Shown here one piece after another: positions 28,035 through 36,096 of a stretch of 64,000 nt of DNA; within the stretch, counting starts at the first letter, position 1, and each line of letters starts with the position of its first letter. The notes under the pieces are model-generated. The model was not told the origin of the DNA. It searched no databases and saw only the letters and a program-made list of their open reading frames with translations. The position numbers and the translations under genes were made by a program. This DNA is from an uncultured Holophagales bacterium. Lineage in GTDB: Bacteria; Acidobacteriota; Thermoanaerobaculia; Multivoradales; UBA5704. The DNA is taken from NCBI GenBank assembly GCA_963842525.1, contig CAWJGT010000003.1, positions 1,920,001-1,984,000 of the forward strand. The letters are read 5' to 3'.

Positions 28035-28750
28035 TGAACGAGCGCCACGACATGGAGGCGGCGATCGAGGCGGTGCTCTTCGTCTCCTCCGAGCCGGTGC
28101 CGCGCGCGCGGCTTCTGGAGATGTTCGACGAGGACGAGCGTGAGCAGGCGGCCGAGGCCCTGGAGGCGGTGGTCGCCCGCTATGCCTCCGACGCCGAAAA
28201 CCCCTCGCGGGGTGTGATGGTGGAGGAGGTGGCGGGCGGCGTGCGCATCGCCACGCGTCCGGAGATGGTGGGATGGCTCCGCCGCTTTTTCGACGTGAGC
28301 GGCGGGACCAAGCTCTCCATGGCGGCCCTGGAGACCCTGGCGATCATCGGCTATCGGCAGCCGGTCACCGGCCCGGAGATCCAGGAGCTGCGCAGCGTCA
28401 ATCCGTCGGGGGTGCTCAAGACCCTGCTGGAGCGCCGGCTCGTCCGCATCGTCGGCCGCAAGGAGGTCGTCGGCAAGCCGTTCCTCTACGGCACGACCAA
28501 GGAGTTCCTGGTCCATTTCGGCCTCAACAGCCTGCGCGATCTGCCGCCTCTGGAGGAGTTCGAGGAGACTTTCGGAGCGATCGCCGCAGGCGAGGGCTCC
28601 GCCGAGCTCAGCCAGGCGATGCTGGACAGCGTGGCGCCACAGACGGAGGCCACCGAAGGTGACCGGGAGGAGCGCATCCTCCGCGAGGCCGCCGCGCTCG
28701 AAGAAGAGGCCGCGGACGAGGATCCGGAGATGGAAGCCGAGGCGTCATGA
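28034..28750 (+). CDS. scpB: Segregation and condensation protein B
   Basis: IEAVLF, LSMAALETLAIIGYRQPVT, GKPFLYGTTKEFL.HFGL. Confidence 0.95.
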   Translation: MNERHDMEAAIEAVLFVSSEPVPRARLLEMFDEDEREQAAEALEAVVARYASDAENPSRGVMVEEVAGGVRIATRPEMVGWLRRFFDVSGGTKLSMAALETLAIIGYRQPVTGPEIQELRSVNPSGVLKTLLERRLVRIVGRKEVVGKPFLYGTTKEFLVHFGLNSLRDLPPLEEFEETFGAIAAGEGSAELSQAMLDSVAPQTEATEGDREERILREAAALEEEAADEDPEMEAEAS

Positions 28751-29949
28751 GCGAAGAGCGCCTCCAGCGTCTCCTGGCCCGTGCCGGCATCGCCTCCCGG
28801 CGCAAGGCCGAGGAGCTGATCCGCGAAGGCCGGGTCACGGTCAACGGGCAGGTGGCGGAGATCGGCGCCAAGGCCGACCCCGGGCGGGACGCGGTCAAGG
28901 TGGACGGCAAGCGGGTCCAGCCCCAGACCGGCCCCGGCCGGTACATTCTGCTCAACAAGCCCCGGGGCGTGATGTCGACCGTTGCCGACCCGCAGGGCCG
29001 GCGGACGGTCCTCGACCTGATCCCGCCCGCGCTGCGCAAGGCCCTGGTGCCGGTGGGGCGGCTCGATTATGAGACCGAAGGCCTGATCCTGCTGACAGAC
29101 GACGGCGACTTCGCCGAGCACGTCGCTCATCCGCGCTACGGCGGGGTCAAGACCTACGAGGTCAAGGTGAAAGGGGAGCCCTCCCAGGCCGTGCTCGACC
29201 GCCTGCGCGAAGGGATCGTGATCGACGGCAAGCGCACCGTGCCCGCGCGGATCAAGCCGCGCCAGGCGAAGGGGTCGGACAGGCGGCGGCGGTCGCACCA
29301 CGACGACGACGAGGGGCACAACACCTGGTGGATCGTGGAGCTGACCGAAGGCCGGACGCGGCAGATCCGCGAGATGTTCGTGCGCATCGGCCACCCCGTC
29401 CAGAAGCTGCGCCGGGTGGCGATCGGTCCGCTCAAGGACCCCCACATGCCGCTGGGCACCTTCCGCGAGCTGACCGAGCGCGAGGTCGAGACGCTGCGTC
29501 GGATCACTGCGAAGCCCAAGAAGCGGGCCGCGCCGCCGAAGAAGAGGACGGCCCCTCACCCCCCTGGCCCCCCTCTCCCACGCGCACTCCCAGCCGCCCG
29601 GGAGAGGGGGGAAAAGGCACCGCCGCGGAAGGCTCCGGCGGTGAAGAAGAAGGCCACGCCGGCGAAGAAAGCGGCCCCTCACCCCCGGCCCCTCTCCCAT
29701 CGCCCCCCCGTCCCCCGGGAGAGGGGGGAACAGCTCGCCACGACAGCGGCACCGCGGAAGAAAGCCGCGCCGGCCAGGAAGGGAGCCCCGGCGAAGAGGT
29801 CCGCGCCGGCCAAGAAGGGAGCCCCGGCGAAGCGGTCGGCGCCAGCGAAGAGAGCTGCTCCGGCGAGAAAAGCTGGAGACCGCCGGGCGGCGGCCCGCAA
29901 GACATCAGGGAAGAGGCCGGGGAGCGGTCCGCGGCGGAGCCGGGGCTAG
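28747..29949 (+). CDS. rluB: rRNA pseudouridine synthase (RluB/RsuA family) with long K/A/P-rich tail
   Basis: S4 domain ERLQRLLA.AG.ASRR, NKPRG, VGRLD, EGRTRQIR; position after scpAB. Confidence 0.9.
   Translation: MSEERLQRLLARAGIASRRKAEELIREGRVTVNGQVAEIGAKADPGRDAVKVDGKRVQPQTGPGRYILLNKPRGVMSTVADPQGRRTVLDLIPPALRKALVPVGRLDYETEGLILLTDDGDFAEHVAHPRYGGVKTYEVKVKGEPSQAVLDRLREGIVIDGKRTVPARIKPRQAKGSDRRRRSHHDDDEGHNTWWIVELTEGRTRQIREMFVRIGHPVQKLRRVAIGPLKDPHMPLGTFRELTEREVETLRRITAKPKKRAAPPKKRTAPHPPGPPLPRALPAARERGEKAPPRKAPAVKKKATPAKKAAPHPRPLSHRPPVPRERGEQLATTAAPRKKAAPARKGAPAKRSAPAKKGAPAKRSAPAKRAAPARKAGDRRAAARKTSGKRPGSGPRRSRG
29554..29728 (+). repeat. Two family-A REP arms (29554-29611, 29677-29728) in frame within rluB
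   Basis: CCTCACCCCC..CCCCTCTCCCA..CGGGAGAGGGGGG twice; encode PHPPGPPLP..RERGE and PHPRPLSHR..RERGE. Confidence 0.88.
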
Positions 29950-29952
29950 ACG

Positions 29953-30639
29953 GTGGACGCGGCTGGTCCCCTGATCGTGGCCATCGACGGCCCGTCGGGC
30001 GTGGGCAAGAGCACCGTCTCGCGGCGTCTCGCGCGGCGTCTCGGCATTCCCTTCCTGGACACCGGCGCCATGTATCGGGCCCTGGGCCTCAAGGTCCTGG
30101 AGAGCGGGGCCGACCCGCGGGACTGCGAGGCGGTCGAGGCAATCACCGCGTGTGCCGCGGTCAGCCTCCACCGCCGGGACAACGGCATCTTCGAGGTCCT
30201 CCTCGACGGCGAGCCGGTCGAGCCGCGCATCCGCACTCCGGAGGTCAGCGATGCGACCTCCACCATCTCCGCCTATCCCGAGGTGCGCCGCCGCATGGTG
30301 GCCCTCCAGCAGGAGGCCGCGAGCCTCTTCGGCGGCGTCCTGGAGGGGCGGGACATCGGCACGAGGGTCTTTCCCGGCACCCCTTACAAGTTCTTCCTCG
30401 ACGCCCGCACCGATGTCCGCGGCCAGCGCCGCTTCGACGAGCTCGTCCAGACCGGCCATCCGATCACCTACGAGCAGGTCCTCGAAGAGATGGCCAGCCG
30501 CGACCTGCGCGACAGCACCCGCGAGGACTCCCCGCTCACCCGGGACGCCAGCTACACCTTCGTCGACGCCTCGGACCTGACGGTCGACGAGGTCGTCGAG
30601 GAAATGGCGCAACGGATCGGGATATGGCCTGCGAAGTAG
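29953..30639 (+). CDS. cmk: Cytidylate kinase
   Basis: IAIDGPSGVGKST-type P-loop, LDTGAMYRA, EGRDIGT.VFP, RD.RDSTR..SPL. Confidence 0.97.
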   Translation: MDAAGPLIVAIDGPSGVGKSTVSRRLARRLGIPFLDTGAMYRALGLKVLESGADPRDCEAVEAITACAAVSLHRRDNGIFEVLLDGEPVEPRIRTPEVSDATSTISAYPEVRRRMVALQQEAASLFGGVLEGRDIGTRVFPGTPYKFFLDARTDVRGQRRFDELVQTGHPITYEQVLEEMASRDLRDSTREDSPLTRDASYTFVDASDLTVDEVVEEMAQRIGIWPAK

Positions 30640-32612
30640 GAGCCGCTCCAGCTACGATAGGCTCTTTGAGCTCCCTGGCCGAGTTGGATACCCGGAAGCT
30701 GAATCGCAACGCCAAGCGCGAAATGCGCAATCGAGAGATTCATCTTCCGCCTCTCGGGGTCTACCGCTGGTGGGCTCGACGCAGCGCTTCGACCTTTCGG
30801 GAGGTACTTACGGCTTTTTCGAAGGCACGCTCAGGCAAGCTGACCATAGCAGATCCGTTCGCCGGAGGTGGAGTCATTCCACTGGTTGCTCTCCTTGAAG
30901 GTCATCGAGTCTATGCTCAGGACATCAATCCCTGGGCCGTTGGAGGGCTAATAACAACTCTGGGCTTGCCCTCCGCCGAGGAACTTAGACGAACGAAAGA
31001 TAAGCTGGCTGATAACGCAAGATCCCTTCTCGCAAAGGCATACGCCACAAATCTGCCTGACGGGACACCCGCATGGATCACGCACACCTTCCGAGTTGCT
31101 GTTGCTGCCTGTTTAAAGTGTGGCCATGACTTCCGTCTATTTCCTCATGCGCTTGTGACGCGCTGCAGTCGTAAGGACCGTGCACGGGCTACCGATGCAT
31201 TTTGGGCCTGCACGCACGGGCATCTATTTCGTGCCGCTCTGGCAAATTCCGTAGAGTGTCCCCATTGCATGGAGTTAGTTCCAGCGTCGGCCTCGTACAC
31301 CGAGGGTCGTCTTGCCAGTTGCCCTGCTTGCGGTATCTCCGAATCGCTCGCTGCCTTTGCCTCCCGCGATTGGAAATGGGAGGTCGTCCTCATCGAGCGA
31401 GTGGCGGAGGGGAGGAGGATGATTGATCTACCAACGGTCGTCGAGCTTGAGCAAGCCTCTGATGACGTCTGGAAGCCGAAGGGGACGCTTGGAAAAATCC
31501 GAGAAGGGCGTGAGACGCGGGTGCTATTGCGGCACGGATTTAGACAGTGGGAAGATTGTTATCCGAATCGCCAGCGCTTCATCCTTGAATCGCTGCTTGC
31601 CGGAGTCGAGGAGGTTTCCGAGCGGGAAGACGTACGGCGCGCGCTTCAATGGATTCTCTGGGGACAGGCGGAGATGGCAGGTTATCTATCGCGGTGGGAC
31701 CGTTTTTATCTCAAGAGTTACGAAGCAATGGCAGGGCACCGTTTCAACTTCACGACAATGCCGGTAGAGCAAAACGTCTGGGGTATCGCGCCGTGCGGTA
31801 GAGGGACGTTCGAACGCCGAGTTGCGGCAGTGTGCCATGCTTCTAGCTGGTTCCAAGCTGAACTCGGGCGCCAGCTTCGCGTCGAAGGTCTTCTACAGCC
31901 TGGAACCTCCGACCCTGGATCGCTAGAATCTGATGTACGAGTGGCCCTAGGGCATTCTGGGGCCATGCAGATGCTTAACGCAAGTGTAGACTTGGTTCTA
32001 ACCGATCCCCCCTACCACGACGACGTGAGCTACGATGAACTCTCTCAGCTCCTGCGTGCTTGGGCCGGGCTTCCTACGGACCGGCTGGTCGAAGATGCGC
32101 ATCCTCTATCAAGATCCGGGGAAAAGGTTGAGGGAAGGAAAAAATTTGGACGAGTGTTGGAAGAGGTGTTTAGGGAGGCGCGCCGTGTTCTCAAGCCGGG
32201 TGGCCGTCTGGTTCTTACTTATGCAAATCGTGACCCCTCTGCCTGGATCGCGCTCTTCGAATCTCTTGAGCGCGCCGGATTCAAAGCACAGGCTTGCCTT
32301 GCCGTTCATAGTGAAAATGAGACGGATCTAACCAAACGTGGGGTAAGGTCCTGCAGGTTCGATCTCCTGATGGAGCTTGCACCCTCCATGCAGGAGATCG
32401 AAGAATCCTTCCCAGTGCATGATCGCCGAAGAACTCAGGAAGCGGAATTTCTGCGAGTTGTCTCACGTACCTTTCTCCAAGTGGGTCGGCTCCCCAATGG
32501 TTGGCAGGACACGTTTGTAGCATCCTGTCGGGCTTGTGCCTTTCTTCGGGAAAAGAAGACGCACCGGGGGCCAAAGGGACGGCTGGGTCCTCTCAGAAAA
32601 CGACGCAGGTAG
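30624..32612 (+). CDS. DUF1156-like amino DNA methyltransferase with zinc ribbons (start uncertain: 30624 or 30666)
   Basis: YRWWARR, motif I DPFAGGG, CxxC clusters (CLKC, CPHC, CPAC), motif IV TDPPY, RVLKPGGRLVLTY. Confidence 0.85.
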   Translation: MACEVGAAPATIGSLSSLAELDTRKLNRNAKREMRNREIHLPPLGVYRWWARRSASTFREVLTAFSKARSGKLTIADPFAGGGVIPLVALLEGHRVYAQDINPWAVGGLITTLGLPSAEELRRTKDKLADNARSLLAKAYATNLPDGTPAWITHTFRVAVAACLKCGHDFRLFPHALVTRCSRKDRARATDAFWACTHGHLFRAALANSVECPHCMELVPASASYTEGRLASCPACGISESLAAFASRDWKWEVVLIERVAEGRRMIDLPTVVELEQASDDVWKPKGTLGKIREGRETRVLLRHGFRQWEDCYPNRQRFILESLLAGVEEVSEREDVRRALQWILWGQAEMAGYLSRWDRFYLKSYEAMAGHRFNFTTMPVEQNVWGIAPCGRGTFERRVAAVCHASSWFQAELGRQLRVEGLLQPGTSDPGSLESDVRVALGHSGAMQMLNASVDLVLTDPPYHDDVSYDELSQLLRAWAGLPTDRLVEDAHPLSRSGEKVEGRKKFGRVLEEVFREARRVLKPGGRLVLTYANRDPSAWIALFESLERAGFKAQACLAVHSENETDLTKRGVRSCRFDLLMELAPSMQEIEESFPVHDRRRTQEAEFLRVVSRTFLQVGRLPNGWQDTFVASCRACAFLREKKTHRGPKGRLGPLRKRRR

Positions 32613-33468
32613 TCTCGCGAAGTGAATGGGCGGGTTTTGTAAACTCGGCGCAAAGAATGTCGACGGCGTCGAGGAGATGCATGCCCACTCCCTCGCCGCG
32701 TTCCAGAAAAATCTCCTCCTTGAGCTCAAGTGTGAGAACGGTGTTAAGGGCCAGAACCGGAATCACGCGGCGGAGCTGATTATAGCGTTTGCCGAACCAA
32801 TCTTCCAGGATTCTCGACAAACGGCCAATTTCCTCGGGAAAGTCTCTCAGATCAAAATTTGTGTTTTTCGCCTGATAAAACAGAATTGGCCCTCCCCAGG
32901 CGCGTCCGAGCAACAGAAAGCCATCAGCGCCGTGATCACCGCTGCGCGAAAAATTCGGCAAGACGGATCCTGCCTCCCAAGGATTCAACCGCCTGCGGAA
33001 CTCCTGGATTGTAAGCTTGGGCCCCTGTCGGTTTCGCCTTGGAGCGCCCACACAGAAAGCAGAGCCACCGGTAAGCGTATGGAGAGCACGGAACGCCTTT
33101 TCCTCAAAGTCCTTCGCGATCCTCCTGCCAATTCCGGTCATTGAGCTGAGCTCTGCGGTTTTCCGGGCAAGTCCGCGGTAACCGGGAAGTACCTCGAGCG
33201 AATCGCCACCGGAAGCAATCTGGAATGGGTAGACCAAGCCACGCTGGCGGTACGCGGTTCGGGCGTGTTCGATGTATTGGCGCAGTGCTTGGACCCGGGT
33301 CGCAGTTTCCTCGGCATCGTCAACGGAGCGGCCGAAGAGCGGAATTTCCTCTTCATCGTCGCTCAGGTGAGGATCGAGCGAGAATTCGTGGAGGGGCTTT
33401 CCGCCCTCGATGGTCTCAACTTCGACCTGCCGAGCATCTTGGACGAAGGAGAGATCTGGCAAGCTCAT
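32593..33468 (-). CDS. Putative PD-(D/E)XK restriction-endonuclease-like protein
   Basis: KDFEE ... GDHGADG ... FYQAK pattern similar to Mrr-type nucleases; 4-bp overlap with the ParB-like gene. Confidence 0.6.
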   Translation of the reverse strand: MSLPDLSFVQDARQVEVETIEGGKPLHEFSLDPHLSDDEEEIPLFGRSVDDAEETATRVQALRQYIEHARTAYRQRGLVYPFQIASGGDSLEVLPGYRGLARKTAELSSMTGIGRRIAKDFEEKAFRALHTLTGGSAFCVGAPRRNRQGPKLTIQEFRRRLNPWEAGSVLPNFSRSGDHGADGFLLLGRAWGGPILFYQAKNTNFDLRDFPEEIGRLSRILEDWFGKRYNQLRRVIPVLALNTVLTLELKEEIFLERGEGVGMHLLDAVDILCAEFTKPAHSLRETTCVVF

Positions 33469-34592
33469 CGGGCGGGGCTCAGGAGCTTTCGGCGAGACCC
33501 TAGAGTGGCATCGAAGAGGTCAAGCGCATCGCGAAGTTGACGGCTAGCCGTCTCTACCTGATCGAGGGCTGCAGGGTCTAATTCGGTGATACCGCCTGAG
33601 GCACGCTTAAGAGAACGCCGAGCTCGTTCGATGTGGCCGATTACCGTTGCGCCCGCAGCCTCAAGCTCTTCTCGCGCCTCAGCCAGCGAGGCACCGTTCT
33701 CGAGGGCTTCAACCGCCCATTCGTTGCCGAGGCATTCGTCCAAGTGCTTGATGTCACGGATGCTTTCGATAGCCCGCTGCTGCCCAGTCTTCGTGTTGCC
33801 ATAAATCCAACCGATCAGATACTCCAGCTTCGTCTGATCGTACTGTGGCGGCCGGAAAGGATCTGGATCCTCGACGATCCGTAGATAAGCCTTCGTGCGG
33901 GTGCGGCGCACCGCATCCCCAAGGTGCCAGAAGACCGTCTCTCCATCCGCTCCGGACGAGGGTAATTCGAGGCCCAACGTCCCGGCTTCTTCGAAGAGGC
34001 GGCGCGTCAGGAGGATCTGGCGAAGGTTGTTGACCCCGGTGTTGGTGAGGCGGGCAGCTTCCTTTAAGCTGAGCCCTGCTCGAAGTACCCGCTCGACGAA
34101 TGCGCTTTTGGCGCTCGGTCCCCAATCCTTGGTTTTCGAGAGGTGGCGCAACCCCAGATAGGCAAGGAGTTGTCTATCGTCGCCGCGAAAGATTAGGCAG
34201 GGAACATAGTCCAAGCCATGACGCCTAAAAGCCTCTCCCTCATCCGGGTCATCCGAGTCACGCATGGCGCGAAGGGCAGCCAAGCGGCGATTGCCTTCGA
34301 TAACGACATAGTTGGCGTTGCTCTGAGGGCGAACGATCAGGGGTTCGTAAGGGATATATCCGTTCTCTATGAACGAGGGGATCAACTCCCGGGCCCTCAT
34401 CTCGCCGCTTAAAAGGAGCTGCTCAACTTGGGGCTGGGTCGGCTTGGAACCCAGGAGCTCAACAGTACGCGGATTGGTCGGATCGAACCGGAGCTTTTCG
34501 ATCGAGATCCTGTGCAGCTCTCCATCCGGTAGACGCTGCATAGCAGCAGGAGTCCCTCGCATCCGGGAGGTAGCGGCTTTGGCAGAGGACAT
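33465..34592 (-). CDS. ParB/Sulfiredoxin-fold N-terminal domain protein
   Basis: LRFDPTNPR, SFIENGY..EPLIV, YVVIEGNRRLAALR; GAGGAG RBS. Confidence 0.85.
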   Translation of the reverse strand: MSSAKAATSRMRGTPAAMQRLPDGELHRISIEKLRFDPTNPRTVELLGSKPTQPQVEQLLLSGEMRARELIPSFIENGYIPYEPLIVRPQSNANYVVIEGNRRLAALRAMRDSDDPDEGEAFRRHGLDYVPCLIFRGDDRQLLAYLGLRHLSKTKDWGPSAKSAFVERVLRAGLSLKEAARLTNTGVNNLRQILLTRRLFEEAGTLGLELPSSGADGETVFWHLGDAVRRTRTKAYLRIVEDPDPFRPPQYDQTKLEYLIGWIYGNTKTGQQRAIESIRDIKHLDECLGNEWAVEALENGASLAEAREELEAAGATVIGHIERARRSLKRASGGITELDPAALDQVETASRQLRDALDLFDATLGSRRKLLSPAR

Positions 34593-34986
34593 GAGCAACT
34601 CCTCTCAGAATGACCTTGCGGCCGTGAGCAACGTGAGTGTAACAGAGAGAGCCCAAAGCACCCCTGCCCTCGGTGCGCTGCTGCATGAAACATGCGAACG
34701 GGGAAGGGGGCTGAGCCGGGCTCACCGCTGTCCTTTGCAGATCGCGTTGCGAGGGCTTGGAGCGACTCGGGCCGTTCCAGCTTTCATCCGGCGCTCAACG
34801 GCTCTATAACGCAGCGCCTCCTTGCGGCCCTTCAAGAGGCCGGGGTCGCTGCGGGCCGCCCCGGCTGTGGCATCGTCCGACTACAGTCTTCGGCAGCCGT
34901 GCACTCCGCGGCCTCGCACACCTGCCGCCGGACCTGCACCTCGATCTGTCCGGCGTCCCGCATCTCGCAGACGGCTTCGCGCCGGT

Positions 34987-35359
34987 GACCTCCACCATCT
35001 CCGCCTATCCCGAGGTGCGCCGCCGCATGGTGGCCCTCCAGCAGGAGGCCGCGAGCCTCTTCGGCGGCGTCCTGGAAGGGCGGGACATCGGCACGCGGGT
35101 CTTCCCCGGCACCCCTTACAAGTTCTTCCTCGACGCCCGCACCGATATCCGCGGCCAGCGCCGCTTCGACGAGCTCGCCCAGACCGGCCACCCGATCACC
35201 TACGAGCAGGTCCTCGAAGAGATGGCCCGCCGCGACCTGCGCGACAGCACCCGCGAGGACTCCCCGCTCACCCGGGACGCCAGCTACACCTTCGTCGACG
35301 CCTCGGACCTGACGGTCGACGAGGTCGTCGAAGAGATGGCGCGGCGGATCGGGGGGTAA
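34987..35359 (+). pseudogene. Duplicate 3' half of cmk (367-bp direct repeat of 30255-30621)
   Basis: TSTISAYPEVRRR...EEMARRIGG-stop; about 11 mismatches to the first copy by eye; lacks the P-loop half. Confidence 0.93.
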
Positions 35360-35478
35360 TGCGGATCGTAATCCCAGGGCTGCTAAAGTAGCGGGCCTCG
35401 GGTGGGGGCGACCGCGGTCTTCCCGGGCAGAGTTTTTGCAGTCTTCCCTTCCGTCAAAGCTTTGAAAAGGAGATATCC

Positions 35479-35991
35479 ATGGGTCTGATTTCATTTGCCA
35501 AGAGCGTAGGCCGCAAGCTGGGCCTCGGAGACGATGACGACAAGAAGCCGGCACAGGGCGCACCCGCGCCGGCACAGGGACCGTCGCCGCAGCAGGTACA
35601 GGAGCTTCATGACCGCCGCAGGGCGGCTGCCCTGGTCAAGGTGATCGAGGGCATGGGCTTCAAGGTCAGCGAGCTCGGCGTCCGGGTCGACGGCGACAAG
35701 GTCACCCTGTCCGGCGAGGCTCCGAGCCAGTCGGACCGCGAGAAGATCGTCCTGCTGGTCGGCAACCACGAAGGGATCGGCGAGGTGGACGACAACATGA
35801 CCGTCGCCAAGCAGGAGCCCGAGGCCAAGTATTACGAGGTCCAGAAGGGCGACACCCTCTCCAAGATCGCCAAGGAGCACTACGGCAACGCCAACAAGTA
35901 CCCGGTGATCTTCGAGGCCAACAAGCCCATGCTGAAGGACCCCGACGAGATCTATCCGGGCCAGCGCCTGCGCATCCCGCCTGCCGCCTGA
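35479..35991 (+). CDS. BON plus LysM domain protein (Kbp/YgaU-like)
   Basis: MGLISFAKSVGRKL, EKIVLLVGN..GI..VDD, YEVQKGDTLSKIAK..IFEAN..IYPGQRLRIP; AAGGAG RBS. Confidence 0.93.
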   Translation: MGLISFAKSVGRKLGLGDDDDKKPAQGAPAPAQGPSPQQVQELHDRRRAAALVKVIEGMGFKVSELGVRVDGDKVTLSGEAPSQSDREKIVLLVGNHEGIGEVDDNMTVAKQEPEAKYYEVQKGDTLSKIAKEHYGNANKYPVIFEANKPMLKDPDEIYPGQRLRIPPAA

Positions 35992-36096
35992 GCTCCGGTC
36001 CAGTCTGGAGCGGGAGGGCTGGTCCCTCTCGCTCCATGTTCCCTTCCCCCGACGTCCTTCCCAGGCGTCCTGTATAATTTATTCGTCAAGTGATCT

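Noticed and set aside
29328-32612. 1094-aa ORF as a giant methyltransferase fusion
   Set aside because: The first ~430 codons are an off-frame read-through of rluB and cmk; MTase motifs start only after 30624
33465-34592. Chromosome or plasmid partition ParB
   Set aside because: No parA or replication gene nearby; it is coupled to a nuclease-like gene in a lower-GC island
34757-35359. Second functional cytidylate kinase (200-aa ORF)
   Set aside because: Lacks the P-loop and DTGAMYR motifs; the N-terminal part is unrelated sequence
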